The notes beneath the pieces were generated by a model. The model was given only the letters and a program-made list of their open reading frames with translations, made no database searches and had not been told where the DNA came from. A program made the position numbers and the translations under genes. 37,947 bases of DNA from Candidatus Acetothermia bacterium (lineage in GTDB: Bacteria > Bipolaricaulota > Bipolaricaulia > M55B111), in contig JBKGZT010000005.1 of NCBI GenBank assembly GCA_046543235.1, positions 1 through 37,947 of the forward strand, written 5' to 3'. Within the stretch, counting starts at the first letter, position 1. Every line of letters begins with the position of its first letter. Of the stretch, positions 37,518-37,947 are shown piece by piece.

Positions 37518-37533
37518 TATTGTGATCACGATA
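37518..37533. promoter_or_regulatory. Palindromic operator, probably of the adjacent GntR
   Basis: TATTGTGATCACGATA, a 16-bp palindrome with one mismatched pair, in an AT-rich divergent intergenic region. Confidence 0.6.
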
Positions 37534-37907
37534 ATAATTATTCATAAAATTAACCCCCCCTTTTAACATCCCGTCTAGGTGGATAGAAGACTGTCGCTAG
37601 TTGAACCTTTTTTAGTTACCCGAATTTCGCGGTTTAGCCCATTAAAGATAGGGGACGGGCCGGCTAGTTCAAGGTCGAAGAGCGCAATGTTAATGGTGAG
37701 CTTACGTCCTTCCGAGCGAAGCCGAACCAGAAGGAAGGGTTCAAAGTTCCGTAGTACCTGTCCACTCCTGCCGTTGGGTTTCTCATTTTCTTCTACTTTC
37801 GGCTGGCCAGTTTCGAGTTGCAGCTTGACCGGTGGTCTTTCAGGCGTCACGATCAAACTGGTTGGCTCAAGGGCGCGGGTTCGGATGTTATTAAAGAGGT
37901 GTATAGA

Positions 37908-37947
37908 ATGACTGAAGAAGATGCCTCTCAGCCTTTGAAGCTAGCAA
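37908..37947 (+). CDS. 5' end of a gene running off the window (MTEEDASQPLKLA...)
   Basis: SD AGAGGT 7 nt before the ATG at 37908; frame open to the end of the window; absent from the ORF track because it is short. Confidence 0.5.
   Translation, partial: MTEEDASQPLKLA

Noticed and set aside
37575..37856. Minus-strand 93-aa ORF as the tail of a gene entering from the right edge
   Set aside because: The frame has a TAG at 37943-37941, so it is not open to the edge; TTG start without an SD.

Overview
This is a core-genome-like bacterial window of about 33 genes. Cytoplasmic proteins are strongly acidic, suggesting a salt-in halophile; gene content and style are compatible with Candidatus Bipolaricaulota/Acetothermia, but that is inference only. 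Left to right: an unexplained inverted-repeat element; groES-groEL under a CIRCE operator; an HtrA/DegP protease with an OmpR-family two-component system; a type II P-type ATPase; a seven-gene DtxR-regulated Feo operon; and a two-gene sufC-sufB (SMS-like) Fe-S module with an IscR-like box. In the Feo operon feoB is split into a GTPase gene and a permease gene, followed by an uncharacterised membrane protein and a FeoC-like gene. Next come nnr-tatD-nfo, spoVS, argS-ftsY-ppdK, an orphan family-5 solute-binding protein paired with an exported helical-repeat protein, and a PLP aminotransferase. A truncated division cluster (rsmH-ftsL-ftsI) sits in one overlapping-gene run with DUF5693-csaB. The window ends with a DUF134 gene, four small hypothetical genes (one with a LIM-like zinc motif), a GntR regulator with a palindromic operator, and a gene running off the right edge. 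I saw no rRNA, tRNA, CRISPR array or transposase. All family assignments come from motifs read by eye; no searches were run.
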